Of a stretch of DNA of 64,000 bases, positions 29,355-38,563 are shown piece by piece; the stretch's first letter is position 1, and every line of letters begins with the position of its first letter. The stretch lies in IMG/VR virus record IMGVR_UViG_3300022895_000010; one strand, given 5' to 3'. A program made the position numbers and the translations under genes. This DNA is from a virus. The notes below the pieces were generated by a model. That model worked only from the letters and a program-made list of their open reading frames with translations. It had not been told where the DNA came from and did no database searches.

Positions 29355-29777
29355 TTAATATGGTTCATTAACTTCCACATCAAACATTTCCTTAATTGCT
29401 TCTTTCATCATCATTTGTTGAATCGGTGTATTATAACCAGACCAATTTTTAAAGAATTGTCGAAGTAAATATTTTTGATCTTTTAATTTATTTTTATATT
29501 CCTGTTTGTAATTATCTTTAGCTTCCTTTAATCTTTTTTCAGCATCCTCTATTGTTTCAAATAAAAGATATTTGCAACGATTTTGACTTAATTGTCTTTT
29601 ATGACCATCAGGTCTATCTAGATATTGCACTAGTACAGCATTATCCTCATTACGAATTTGTATTACTTTTACTTTAATAATCTCATCGGATACATGATAA
29701 TTTAAATAGTAAAACTCATCGTTTAATTTTATTTTAGTATCAATTGATCCCATTTCAATTGTCATAATATAACACAT
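29355..29777 (-). CDS. Hypothetical protein, tandem family member 3 of 5
   Basis: YYLNY; LF.TIEDA; QFFKNW; MMKEAIKEMFDVEV. Confidence 0.7.
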   Translation of the reverse strand: MCYIMTIEMGSIDTKIKLNDEFYYLNYHVSDEIIKVKVIQIRNEDNAVLVQYLDRPDGHKRQLSQNRCKYLLFETIEDAEKRLKEAKDNYKQEYKNKLKDQKYLLRQFFKNWSGYNTPIQQMMMKEAIKEMFDVEVNEPY

Positions 29778-29785
29778 CTCCTATA

Positions 29786-30178
29786 TTAATATGGTGATTT
29801 AATTTCTACACCAAATTTTTCTTTAATAACTTCCTTCATACATTCATTTTGAATTGTACCGTTATTATCAATCCAATCATCAAATAATGTCTGGAATAAT
29901 ACTTCATCATTCATTATTTTTTCTTTATATTCTTTTCTAAATTCAACTAATCTTTTCTTAGCATTTTCTCTTGTCGTAAATACATAACTTTTACATTGTA
30001 CTGGATTGAGAAATCTTGAATAACCACTGAATAGTTCAGCATGTGTTATTCTTAAACTCTGTTCACGTTCATAAAGATCAGTCACTTTAGATTTAATAAC
30101 AGTTTCATTCTGATCGTAATTTAATACGTATACATCTTGATTTCTTTTTACCTTACCATCTGCTACTTCTACGTACAT
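29786..30178 (-). CDS. Hypothetical protein, tandem family member 4 of 5
   Basis: EVADGKVK; VFTTRENA; QTLFDDW; MKEVIKEKFGVEI. Confidence 0.7.
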   Translation of the reverse strand: MYVEVADGKVKRNQDVYVLNYDQNETVIKSKVTDLYEREQSLRITHAELFSGYSRFLNPVQCKSYVFTTRENAKKRLVEFRKEYKEKIMNDEVLFQTLFDDWIDNNGTIQNECMKEVIKEKFGVEIKSPY

Positions 30179-30180
30179 TA

Positions 30181-30600
30181 TTATACCTCCAGTGTTATAT
30201 CAAATTTATTTCTAATAGATTCAATCATTATCTTCTTCTGCATACCACTCTTATCTTTAACCCATTCTTTAAATAACTCTTTCATTACATCCTCTTCATT
30301 AGATACTTTCTTTAGTAGACCCTGTCTAATGTCTTCTAATACCATTAAAGCATTATCTCTATCTTTAAATAATAAATGTTGTGGTTGTATGTGGTTGCGG
30401 AAAAATGCTAAACCTCCACGGAAATATTTCGTTAATGTACCACTTCTTAATATAGGAAAGGCTTCATCCTGATGTCTAGATATTGATAGAGTACATTTAT
30501 GAATCTTATCATCAAATATATAATAAACAGTATCTCCTTTTTCAATAAATCCATCTTGTACTTTAAATTTCTGATTATCCATGTGTTCATTCTCCTCCAA
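30181..30600 (-). CDS. Hypothetical protein, tandem family member 5 of 5
   Basis: VQDG....GD.VYY; LFKDRDNA; ELFKEW; QK.IM.ESIRNKFDI. Confidence 0.7.
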   Translation of the reverse strand: MEENEHMDNQKFKVQDGFIEKGDTVYYIFDDKIHKCTLSISRHQDEAFPILRSGTLTKYFRGGLAFFRNHIQPQHLLFKDRDNALMVLEDIRQGLLKKVSNEEDVMKELFKEWVKDKSGMQKKIMIESIRNKFDITLEV

Positions 30601-30653
30601 ATAGTTAAAAATAATAGTATTAGGAATATAATTTCATCCCTAATACTATTATT

Positions 30654-30989
30654 TTATGATTTCATACTTTCAATAACTTTCTTAATATCTTCTCTTGGTT
30701 CAATCTCTTTTTTCTTGATTGGTAGCTTTTCTAAAACGATTATTAGAAGAGAGTGTTCCCCATTCACTATCTTCTCAATCATACATTTGTTTGTTAGATG
30801 ATTTATTGTTAGATTTACAGGTTTAGATAGTATCTGACATTTCTTCATATCTGAAACAGCTTTCGTTTTATGTTTTGCTATAGTTTTCTTAAATTCAACA
30901 AAAGCAACATCTTCTTCTTCAAAGAATAATTCAGATAAAATTGTATTATCTCTATCTAACTCTTTCAATCTAAAAATGTAATCCTCCAT
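30654..30989 (-). CDS. Hypothetical protein
   Basis: 111-aa ORF; late motif at 31016-31027 (-). Confidence 0.55.
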   Translation of the reverse strand: MEDYIFRLKELDRDNTILSELFFEEEDVAFVEFKKTIAKHKTKAVSDMKKCQILSKPVNLTINHLTNKCMIEKIVNGEHSLLIIVLEKLPIKKKEIEPREDIKKVIESMKS

Positions 30990-31036
30990 ATAATCATCCC
31001 CTTAGCACTTAATATTAATATTTTGTTTTATTAATA

Positions 31037-31327
31037 TTATTCTTCGTTGAGTGCAAGAAGCTCTACTTTATGCATAAATCTATAAGTCTGTCCTGTAACA
31101 TTTTTATGTTGATCTTCTTCAGGTACTTTGGATAAGAACATTTCAAGTGGTCTTGTATGTTTTAAACAATCTCCATATAAAGCCACATAAGCTACATAAT
31201 ATTCCCCAGTTTCAGTATGTCTAAATACATCATGGATAAAGTATCCTTTATTTTTATAATGTCTATAAATAGTATTCGGTTTAATCTTTCTATCTAATAT
31301 TGTTTTATTCTCCGCTATAACTACCAT
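31037..31327 (-). CDS. DUF1653-family protein
   Basis: YRHYK...Y......HTETGE..V.Y.ALYG.....RPLEMFLS.V......Q.YRF. Confidence 0.85.
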   Translation of the reverse strand: MVVIAENKTILDRKIKPNTIYRHYKNKGYFIHDVFRHTETGEYYVAYVALYGDCLKHTRPLEMFLSKVPEEDQHKNVTGQTYRFMHKVELLALNEE

Positions 31328-31350
31328 AATTAATCTCTCCCTTTAATATA

Positions 31351-31665
31351 TTATCGACGTTTAATAATAAATGTAGTCCCTCTTCGTTCTGCAATTTTAT
31401 ATTTTGTCATATCAATATCTTGTTCTTTCTCAGCTTTAACTTGATAGTATGTAGTTCTGAATCCATCCATGAATGGTATAGTAAACCAAGCAAAGAATGT
31501 TAGTATTAAAAAGATTGAAGTAGTAATTAATAATCCAGTATTTTTATTACTAGTTGCTATATTCTGTACAAACATACCTCCTACAAATAATAAGCATGTT
31601 GTTAGAATAATTAAAACTAACTGCCATAATACTGTTACTGATTCAAATGTGTAAAGTATTTCCAT
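31351..31665 (-). CDS. Two-TM membrane protein
   Basis: Two hydrophobic helices; SD AGGAGG; early motif at 31760-31772 (-). Confidence 0.6.
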   Translation of the reverse strand: MEILYTFESVTVLWQLVLIILTTCLLFVGGMFVQNIATSNKNTGLLITTSIFLILTFFAWFTIPFMDGFRTTYYQVKAEKEQDIDMTKYKIAERRGTTFIIKRR

Positions 31666-31849
31666 GACTTCTCCTCCTATATATTATAATATTGAAATAT
31701 ATTTTTAACTTTAAAATAAATAAATTATATAAAAATAAATTTATATTAAAGTCATCTTTATAATATGTATTTAATTTTAGCTATAAAATTTTTACAAAAA
31801 AATATTTAATTTAACATTAAAATAAATAAATTTAGAATATGGTGATTTT

Positions 31850-32269
31850 ATGGCTACAATATTTAATCAAGAAGCTTTATTACAAGTCGATGTATTTTCT
31901 AGACCTGAATATCGTTCTGATTTAGAATCATTAGCTCAAGTTATTCAAAATATTATTATTATTGAAAAGGGTACATATCCGAATCAACCAGAGCTAGGTG
32001 TAGGCATTAAGAATTATCTATTCGAGATTATTGATGGAAGAACCATTGTAACTTTAGAAGAGAATATTAAAGACCAAGTATATAGGTTTATTCCTAATGA
32101 TAAGGCAGTAGAAATTAGTGTTTCTTTACTACCTAACCAATTAGGTAAAAATACTCTTGCTATCTTATGCAGTGTTTCTGATGCATATCAAAATCCAGAA
32201 AGTAAACAATTCTTAATACTTGTAGGTCAGAATAGTAACAAGAAAGTTATTTCAAAAATTATTTATTAA
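31850..32269 (+). CDS. Baseplate wedge subunit, T4 gp25-like
   Basis: IQNIII.EKG.YP.QPELG.GI..YLFE...I...V..F.P; late motif at 31813-31824. Confidence 0.82.
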   Translation: MATIFNQEALLQVDVFSRPEYRSDLESLAQVIQNIIIIEKGTYPNQPELGVGIKNYLFEIIDGRTIVTLEENIKDQVYRFIPNDKAVEISVSLLPNQLGKNTLAILCSVSDAYQNPESKQFLILVGQNSNKKVISKIIY

Positions 32270-32290
32270 TAATCTAGGGAGGTTATTATT

Positions 32291-33832
32291 ATGGAGAATA
32301 ATCAACAACAAAAAGTTCAAAATATGATTGATGAAAGTACTCAAAAAGAATTCGGTATTATGCCTCAAGGTCAACAAGGTTATCAGCAAATGCAAGTACC
32401 TGTACAACAACAGGTAGTTCAGCAACAAAATACTCAACAAACTGATAGCTTAAAAGATGAGTTAGGTATTAAAAATCTACCTCAAACTGGTGGAGGTGAT
32501 CCATTAAGCCATCTAGCTGGTTTTACAGGAGTTAGCGATTCAAATGCACCTCAAGGTCAACAACAATTTGAATATCAAACTCAACCAATGTCTCAAATGA
32601 GAGCCGAACAACAGCAACAACAAGTACCTGTACAACAACAGGTAGTTCAGCAACAAAATACTCAACCTGCAACTGAGAGACCAGTAATGAATATGCAGGA
32701 AATGTCTCAAAATAATACTGTTATGCCACAAAATATACAACAACAAAATCAGGTACAACAACAGGTTCAGCAAGAACAAACTCAAGTACAGAATCAACAA
32801 CAGGTAGTTAATAATCCTACAGGTCAGATTCAAGTACGTGAAGAAGAACATGTTCCTTCAGTTCAAGAACGTCGTCAACGTGTTAAAGAAATTATTAAAG
32901 GTATTACAGTTGATTTAAACAACATTGATATCGTTGATGAAACACCTTTAACAAAAGTAGATGACTTTGAATTTATCTTAAAAGGAGCTTCAACATTCCA
33001 AGTTGTTGCTAACCAATCACATTATATTGCTTTCATGGAAGCATTAAAAATGATTGATATTAATATTATCACTAATTCTACTAATGATATTTATCATGAT
33101 AGATCATTGATGTATAAAACAGTTCACTCTAAAATCAATACAACATCATTAGGTAAATTATCATTCCAAGATTGGTTGAAAATTACATCATTCTTTGATT
33201 TCCCTACTATCTTATACGGAGTATATGCACAAACATTCCCTGGTAATACTGATTTCCAAATCGAATGTCGTCATTGTGAAAAAACAGTTGATGTAACAGT
33301 TAACAATGATACTCTTGTTGCAATTAAAAATGATGAAAGTTTCCAAAATATTAGTGAAGTTATTGCTAGTATCAAATCACCTAAACAGGCTCTTGAAAAG
33401 TCTCTTGTTAATAAAACTACTCGTGGTTTATTACCTGATTCTAAAATTATCATTAACGTTCAAACACCATCTCTATACGATCACCTATCACTATTAAGTT
33501 CAGTTGATAGAGAGAAAGCAAAACAATTGATGGATATTCTTTCAACATTACTATTCATTAAGAGTGTGTTTATGTTGGACGTTCAGAAAACAGTAGATTC
33601 TGGTAAACCTAAGTATTATGAAATTACAGACCGAAACGAAATTCTAGGTATTCTTAAAGAGTTATCTCTTGATGATGCTAAAGAATTAGCTGAAGTAGTT
33701 AATAAACGTACTGATGAGTTCGGTATTGATTATAAAATTAAGAACTTCCAATGTCCTAAGTGTCATAAAGGTATTGGTGATATTCCAGTAGATATCGAAC
33801 AATTGCTTTTTCATCAACTTCTCCGACACTAA
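32291..33832 (+). CDS. Baseplate hub / tail assembly chaperone-like protein (T4 gp26/gp51-like) with Gln-rich N-terminus
   Basis: Two CxxC pairs (CRHC, CPKC), D...ILYG, P.L.D; ~180-aa Q-rich leader. Confidence 0.6.
   Translation: MENNQQQKVQNMIDESTQKEFGIMPQGQQGYQQMQVPVQQQVVQQQNTQQTDSLKDELGIKNLPQTGGGDPLSHLAGFTGVSDSNAPQGQQQFEYQTQPMSQMRAEQQQQQVPVQQQVVQQQNTQPATERPVMNMQEMSQNNTVMPQNIQQQNQVQQQVQQEQTQVQNQQQVVNNPTGQIQVREEEHVPSVQERRQRVKEIIKGITVDLNNIDIVDETPLTKVDDFEFILKGASTFQVVANQSHYIAFMEALKMIDINIITNSTNDIYHDRSLMYKTVHSKINTTSLGKLSFQDWLKITSFFDFPTILYGVYAQTFPGNTDFQIECRHCEKTVDVTVNNDTLVAIKNDESFQNISEVIASIKSPKQALEKSLVNKTTRGLLPDSKIIINVQTPSLYDHLSLLSSVDREKAKQLMDILSTLLFIKSVFMLDVQKTVDSGKPKYYEITDRNEILGILKELSLDDAKELAEVVNKRTDEFGIDYKIKNFQCPKCHKGIGDIPVDIEQLLFHQLLRH
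32393..32666 (+). repeat. 46-bp perfect direct repeat inside the Gln-rich region
   Basis: CAAGTACCTGTACAACAACAGGTAGTTCAGCAACAAAATACTCAAC at 32393-32438 and 32621-32666. Confidence 0.9.
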
Positions 33833-34077
33833 AAGATGGTGAGAATCATCTAGAAAGAAAGATTAAACTAGATGCCAAACTCATTCTTTACTTATTAGAT
33901 TTATTTGAGGGAAGAATTTCGTATGAAGAAATAGTTCATATGGAACTTCCCTTGCTTTTTGAATTAAGAAAAGCTAAAGAAGATAGGTTGGAGAAGGAAG
34001 CTAAACGTATTGAGAAGAGTATGAAAGAAGCTAATGATAAGAAGAAAGAAAAAACTGTTTCAAACGTTCGTAAATAA
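33781..34077 (+). CDS. Uncalled -1-frame ORF, probable frameshift extension of 32291..33832
   Basis: Open from 33781 to TAA 34075-34077 (...LKDGENHLERKIKLDAKLILYLLDLFEGRISYEEIVHMELPLLFELRKAKEDRLEKEAKR...); no ATG until 33940. Confidence 0.55.
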   Translation, partial: YSSRYRTIAFSSTSPTLKDGENHLERKIKLDAKLILYLLDLFEGRISYEEIVHMELPLLFELRKAKEDRLEKEAKRIEKSMKEANDKKKEKTVSNVRK

Positions 34078-34096
34078 AGAAAGGGGTTAGATGTAA

Positions 34097-34417
34097 ATGT
34101 GTGTACCAGAGCAAATTATCTTTAGTAAACTTACATCGAATCATTCTAATCCTACAGAAAATTTTTTAAATTCATTAAAGTTTAGAGATAATGCTTTTAA
34201 TTTAACTAATTTTCTTAGTGTTCTAAATGATAATAATGTATCCTATGAAATTCTTTCTGGTTTTAAACATGATTCAGGAGATGAAATGGAAAGTACATTT
34301 AAGAAGTGTACTATTAAACTAGAAGATGCTGGGATCATAGAAAATTATTATAATGATGAATATGGTTTAGATGTAGGTATTATTGATGATCAAACAATAG
34401 AAATTTCAGTTAAATAG
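34097..34417 (+). CDS. Hypothetical protein
   Basis: 106-aa ORF with SD AAAGGGG. Confidence 0.55.
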   Translation: MCVPEQIIFSKLTSNHSNPTENFLNSLKFRDNAFNLTNFLSVLNDNNVSYEILSGFKHDSGDEMESTFKKCTIKLEDAGIIENYYNDEYGLDVGIIDDQTIEISVK

Positions 34418-34436
34418 ATATATAAAGGAGATTATT

Positions 34437-36182
34437 ATGACAACAACTACTTTACAAGAACTTAAAAATAAACAACTAATTCGTTCTAATGTAATAAATT
34501 CAGAATTATCTAAACAGTTAATCCAAGGAACTTTAGAAGATATTGCTAATATCTTAGCTAAGACTCTTGGACCTTATGGTTCTACTACTATCATTGAAGA
34601 TAGAATGGTCAATCATACTATTAGTAAAGATGGTTACACTCTATTAAATAAAATCCGTTACGAAGGAGAAGTACCTCCTACTACACATGAATTAGTTAAA
34701 TCAGTTAGTCGTTCATTAGTTCGTGAAGTTGGTGATGGTTCTACATCTTCAATTGTTATTTCTAATGCATTACTTAAAAATTTAAATAAAGGTCAATTAA
34801 TTAAGCAATTACCATCTAAAGAAGTTTTAGATTATCTTTCTGCTATTGAAGAATATCTAACGGATGCTATTTTAGAAAGATCTATTGCAATTACAGATAA
34901 AAACTTTGACGTTATTAAAAATATTGCAAGTATTGCTAATAATAATGATGATAAAGCAGGAGATTTAATTTATAACCTATATAAAGAAATTGGTAAAGAT
35001 GGTTTCATTAATTTAGAGAAATCACCAATTGAAGAAGATAGTTATGAAATCTCTAAAGGTGTTGAATTACCTCGTGGTTATATTCATAACATTTTTGCTA
35101 ATACTTCTAATAAAATTGACTATTCAGTAGAGAAACCATTTATCTTCTTATGTAATGATGTATTAACTGAAGAAGACCAAACATTAGTTGCTGAATTATT
35201 AGGTATTGCTTTATCAAATGCAAAACCTCTAGTATTTATTGCAAAAGGTTATAGTTCTGAAATTGCCAATATGTTAAAGATTAACAAAAATAGTGCTCGT
35301 GATACTTTACAAATCGCTGCTACTGATTACGCTTTTGTTAATAAAAATCATTTTGATTCATTTGATGACTTAGCATTATACCTTAATGCAACTGTTTATG
35401 ATAAATATAACAATAATCCTATTTCAGATGACAAAAATGATCTAATGAAAATGTTGGGGATGGCTGAAAAAGTTATAATGGATGATTCAACTACTAAATT
35501 AATTGGTGGTTGGGCTAATGCTGATAAAATTAAAGAACGTATTGAATTGATCGATGAATTTATTATTGATGTTAAAAGTCAAGATAAAGCAAGAGATATT
35601 GAAAAAGATCTATATAATCTACAAAAGCGTAAAGCTAATCTAGGTTGTAAAACTGCTACTTTATATGTAGGTGGTAATTCAGAGATTGAAAAAGAAACTA
35701 GAATGTATCTAATGGAAGATGCAATTTATGCTTGTCGTTCTGCTATTAAACATGGTTATATTTCAGGTGGTAACTTAGTTATTCCTAAAATTATTAGTCA
35801 GAACTCAACTGATATTGCTACATTCTTAGCGGCAAAAGATATTAATAAGAGTATTAGTGAAGATGATTTATATCTAATTCTTTTAGAACTTATTGATATT
35901 CTATTTGAATCATTTGCAGAATCATTCAGAACTGTTCTTAGAAATATAAATTCTGAACTTGTTGATGATACATTTATTTATAATACAATTAACAAGTGTA
36001 TTGCTGATTCTAGTTTCTTTAATATTAAATCTCATCGTTATGAGTCTGATTTAGATACTAAAGTTATTAACTCAGCTATGACAGATATTCAAATTATGAA
36101 AGCTTCATTCAGTATTGTTGGTCTAATGTACACTAGTAATCAATTTATTGCTAGTTCTGTTAGAGATTATGATATGAACTAA
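34437..36182 (+). CDS. groEL: Phage GroEL-like chaperonin
   Basis: TLGPYG, ISKDGYT, GDGSTSS, IASIANN, VGGNSE.E..E......EDA..A.RSA...G...GG. Confidence 0.92.
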   Translation: MTTTTLQELKNKQLIRSNVINSELSKQLIQGTLEDIANILAKTLGPYGSTTIIEDRMVNHTISKDGYTLLNKIRYEGEVPPTTHELVKSVSRSLVREVGDGSTSSIVISNALLKNLNKGQLIKQLPSKEVLDYLSAIEEYLTDAILERSIAITDKNFDVIKNIASIANNNDDKAGDLIYNLYKEIGKDGFINLEKSPIEEDSYEISKGVELPRGYIHNIFANTSNKIDYSVEKPFIFLCNDVLTEEDQTLVAELLGIALSNAKPLVFIAKGYSSEIANMLKINKNSARDTLQIAATDYAFVNKNHFDSFDDLALYLNATVYDKYNNNPISDDKNDLMKMLGMAEKVIMDDSTTKLIGGWANADKIKERIELIDEFIIDVKSQDKARDIEKDLYNLQKRKANLGCKTATLYVGGNSEIEKETRMYLMEDAIYACRSAIKHGYISGGNLVIPKIISQNSTDIATFLAAKDINKSISEDDLYLILLELIDILFESFAESFRTVLRNINSELVDDTFIYNTINKCIADSSFFNIKSHRYESDLDTKVINSAMTDIQIMKASFSIVGLMYTSNQFIASSVRDYDMN

Positions 36183-36280
36183 TTATTATGTGGTAAGATT
36201 GTATTGATATAAAATACGATCTTACCACCTTTAACCGCTTTATTTTTTAAAAATTAAATTAACAAAGTATTATGTAAGGG

Positions 36281-37015
36281 GTGATAATATTGAAGGTAAT
36301 GACAATGAAACAATTTCTTCAAAACCCTTCTGGTAAGAGTTCAGCTTATTTTGCTCGAAGGGATTTAATTATTGAAAATTTAGAGAATAGGTACTACAAG
36401 ATACTTAAGGAATATGGAACGTATATTAAACTACATACTTTTAAAGACGGCTCTGATTTCTACTTCTTCTTTAAATTTCCTTCAGAAAAGTTTGGAGATA
36501 AGGTAATGTATGATGTGATTATTCAATTGATTCCAATTGGTAATGCACAAAGTGACTTTACGCTCTCAAACTATGCATTAAAGGTTTTTAGTAATTCACC
36601 TAACTTCCTTTTTACATATGCGTATATTTACAACCAAGATGGAATTGTTATCAACTGGTTAAAAGATAAGGTAGGTAAAATGGCTTTAAATAATCCGCCA
36701 ACAATTAAGAACCCTTCCGAATCTTATGGTTTTGAAAAAAGTGTTTATTTCTGCTTGCTCTACATACGTGAACATCGACTTATTCATAAAAGCTCTTTTA
36801 AAGATGAAAAATTATCTAAGAAAAAAGTATTGGATAATATTTCCAGTTGCGAAAATAAAATAAAAGAGTATAATAAAGAAAAGGGACGAGTTTCTGCCGA
36901 GAAAAAGAAAAAGAAAATGACATCTAAGAAGGTTTCGACAAATAAAAAGAAACCAAGCAAACCTCTACCTACGAAGCAACGTCTTACTAAGAAATATAAC
37001 AGTAAGAAGAAATAG
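36281..37015 (+). CDS. Hypothetical late protein with Lys-rich C-terminal tail
   Basis: Late motif AACA-AAGTAT-TA at 36261-36272; KVFSNSPNFLFTYAY core; basic tail. Confidence 0.6.
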   Translation: MIILKVMTMKQFLQNPSGKSSAYFARRDLIIENLENRYYKILKEYGTYIKLHTFKDGSDFYFFFKFPSEKFGDKVMYDVIIQLIPIGNAQSDFTLSNYALKVFSNSPNFLFTYAYIYNQDGIVINWLKDKVGKMALNNPPTIKNPSESYGFEKSVYFCLLYIREHRLIHKSSFKDEKLSKKKVLDNISSCENKIKEYNKEKGRVSAEKKKKKMTSKKVSTNKKKPSKPLPTKQRLTKKYNSKKK

Positions 37016-37096
37016 TTTTTTAAAGATATATTATATTATAGCTTATATTATTACTTTATTTATTTTTATAGTTTATAGTAGGGGGAATATACTATT

Positions 37097-38494
37097 ATGT
37101 CAAAGCCAAAGTTTAAGAATCAGTATGTTAATGCGAGAGAGGAGAATCGCACTATCATCATTGATTACAACAAGATTCTAGGAAGAGATGATCTAGAAGA
37201 CAAGTCTACTTATGTTATTAACAGACGTTCCTTCTATAAGATTTTAGACTTCATTGCAGATGATATTGATTATATCATTAAACACAATGAGAAATTAAGT
37301 CTAACTCTACTTAGTATCCGCTTGAACATCTATTCAGAGACAGAGAAATATAACAAAAAGATGTTCTATGATGACTTATTAGAGATTGTTAATGATGAAA
37401 GTATCAAGGAAACAATCAGTGAGTTCGTCGAATCTTCTTATACATTGAACTTAGATGATGTTAAGAAGAAAAATGTTATTAAAGAACTTCAATTAACAGA
37501 TGAAGTGAACAAGATTTATCTTAAGTCAGCTATGATGATGAGACTACTATTACCAGTCTTATGTGACTATAAAATGCATGGCAAGAATGATACTATCTTC
37601 TTAAACATCTTTAAAGACTGTATTCGAAGCTTTAATGATGGAAAGGAAAATGCTTTAAACAAGCTTTATAAGATTATCTTCTCAAGAATATTCCAAACTA
37701 AATATTCTGATAAGGTAATGTGGAGATTCTTAAAGAATATATCTTTAGATCCACACTTGTTTACAACCAAAGTATTTAAGAGTATCATTAAAATTATTTT
37801 ACCAAAGTTAGAACACAATACTTCTTCAATTTCTTATTTAGATGTAGTCATTAGACGTAAACTGAACTTTGAGTTTACATTTAACCATCCAATATCATAT
37901 AAGTCAATCAGAGCAAATAATACTAATGATGATTTAGATGATAAAGATAAATTAGAAATCAACTCTTCTTTACTGAGAAGTGATGAAGGGTTATTAGTAT
38001 TGAACAACTGTTCAATTAAGAGAGAGATAAGATTAATAGTTAAAAAGTATAATATAAGCGAAGAAGATGTTGAAACATTTAGAAAAGAGGTAGGTTTAAA
38101 TACTATCCAAGAGAAATTGTTAAACATCTATTACAGTAATAAGTTTGAAATTGTATGTAATGACACAAATCGTATCTATCTTATTTTAGGTATGATTAAA
38201 GGTTTAGAGGAACAAGGATTTAGATTATTACCAGTACTTCTTGAATCAAGATTAGATGAATTTGAGCGAAGAGTAAATAGTAGGAAGAAGCTTATTGAGA
38301 AGGTAGTTAGTTCAAATAAGTATAAGAAGCTATTAAAAGATTACGTTAATATTAGTAATATCTTGGCTAAGAATAACTCTATCTTATCCCTTACAACAAT
38401 TAAGAATAACAAGTTTATTCATAAGGGTGAAGAAGTTAATATAGAAATGGAAATTCTTTCAGATGAGATCCTAGACCTTCTAATCTTAATTTAA
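37097..38494 (+). CDS. Probable sigma-like promoter-specificity subunit of the non-virion RNAP (AR9 gp226-like)
   Basis: All-helical 465-aa protein two genes from the chaperonin, as I recall for AR9 gp226/gp228; early motif at 37022-37034. Based on synteny and size, not on an alignment. Confidence 0.55.
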   Translation: MSKPKFKNQYVNAREENRTIIIDYNKILGRDDLEDKSTYVINRRSFYKILDFIADDIDYIIKHNEKLSLTLLSIRLNIYSETEKYNKKMFYDDLLEIVNDESIKETISEFVESSYTLNLDDVKKKNVIKELQLTDEVNKIYLKSAMMMRLLLPVLCDYKMHGKNDTIFLNIFKDCIRSFNDGKENALNKLYKIIFSRIFQTKYSDKVMWRFLKNISLDPHLFTTKVFKSIIKIILPKLEHNTSSISYLDVVIRRKLNFEFTFNHPISYKSIRANNTNDDLDDKDKLEINSSLLRSDEGLLVLNNCSIKREIRLIVKKYNISEEDVETFRKEVGLNTIQEKLLNIYYSNKFEIVCNDTNRIYLILGMIKGLEEQGFRLLPVLLESRLDEFERRVNSRKKLIEKVVSSNKYKKLLKDYVNISNILAKNNSILSLTTIKNNKFIHKGEEVNIEMEILSDEILDLLILI

Positions 38495-38563
38495 AATACA
38501 AAAATAAACAAGACTATATACAACATATGGTCTTGTTTATTTTTTATCATTTGAAAGGATTGA

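Noticed and set aside
31670-31849. Extremely AT-rich gap as a replication origin
   Set aside because: Adequately explained by divergent early (-) and late (+) promoters; no iterons seen
32393-32666. Direct repeat considered as a CRISPR-like array
   Set aside because: Only two copies, in frame within a coding region, and no cas genes
32252-33497. Leu-rich minus-strand ORFs that look like membrane proteins, plus nested short ORFs
   Set aside because: They are the reverse complement of CAA/CAG Gln codons in 32291..33832
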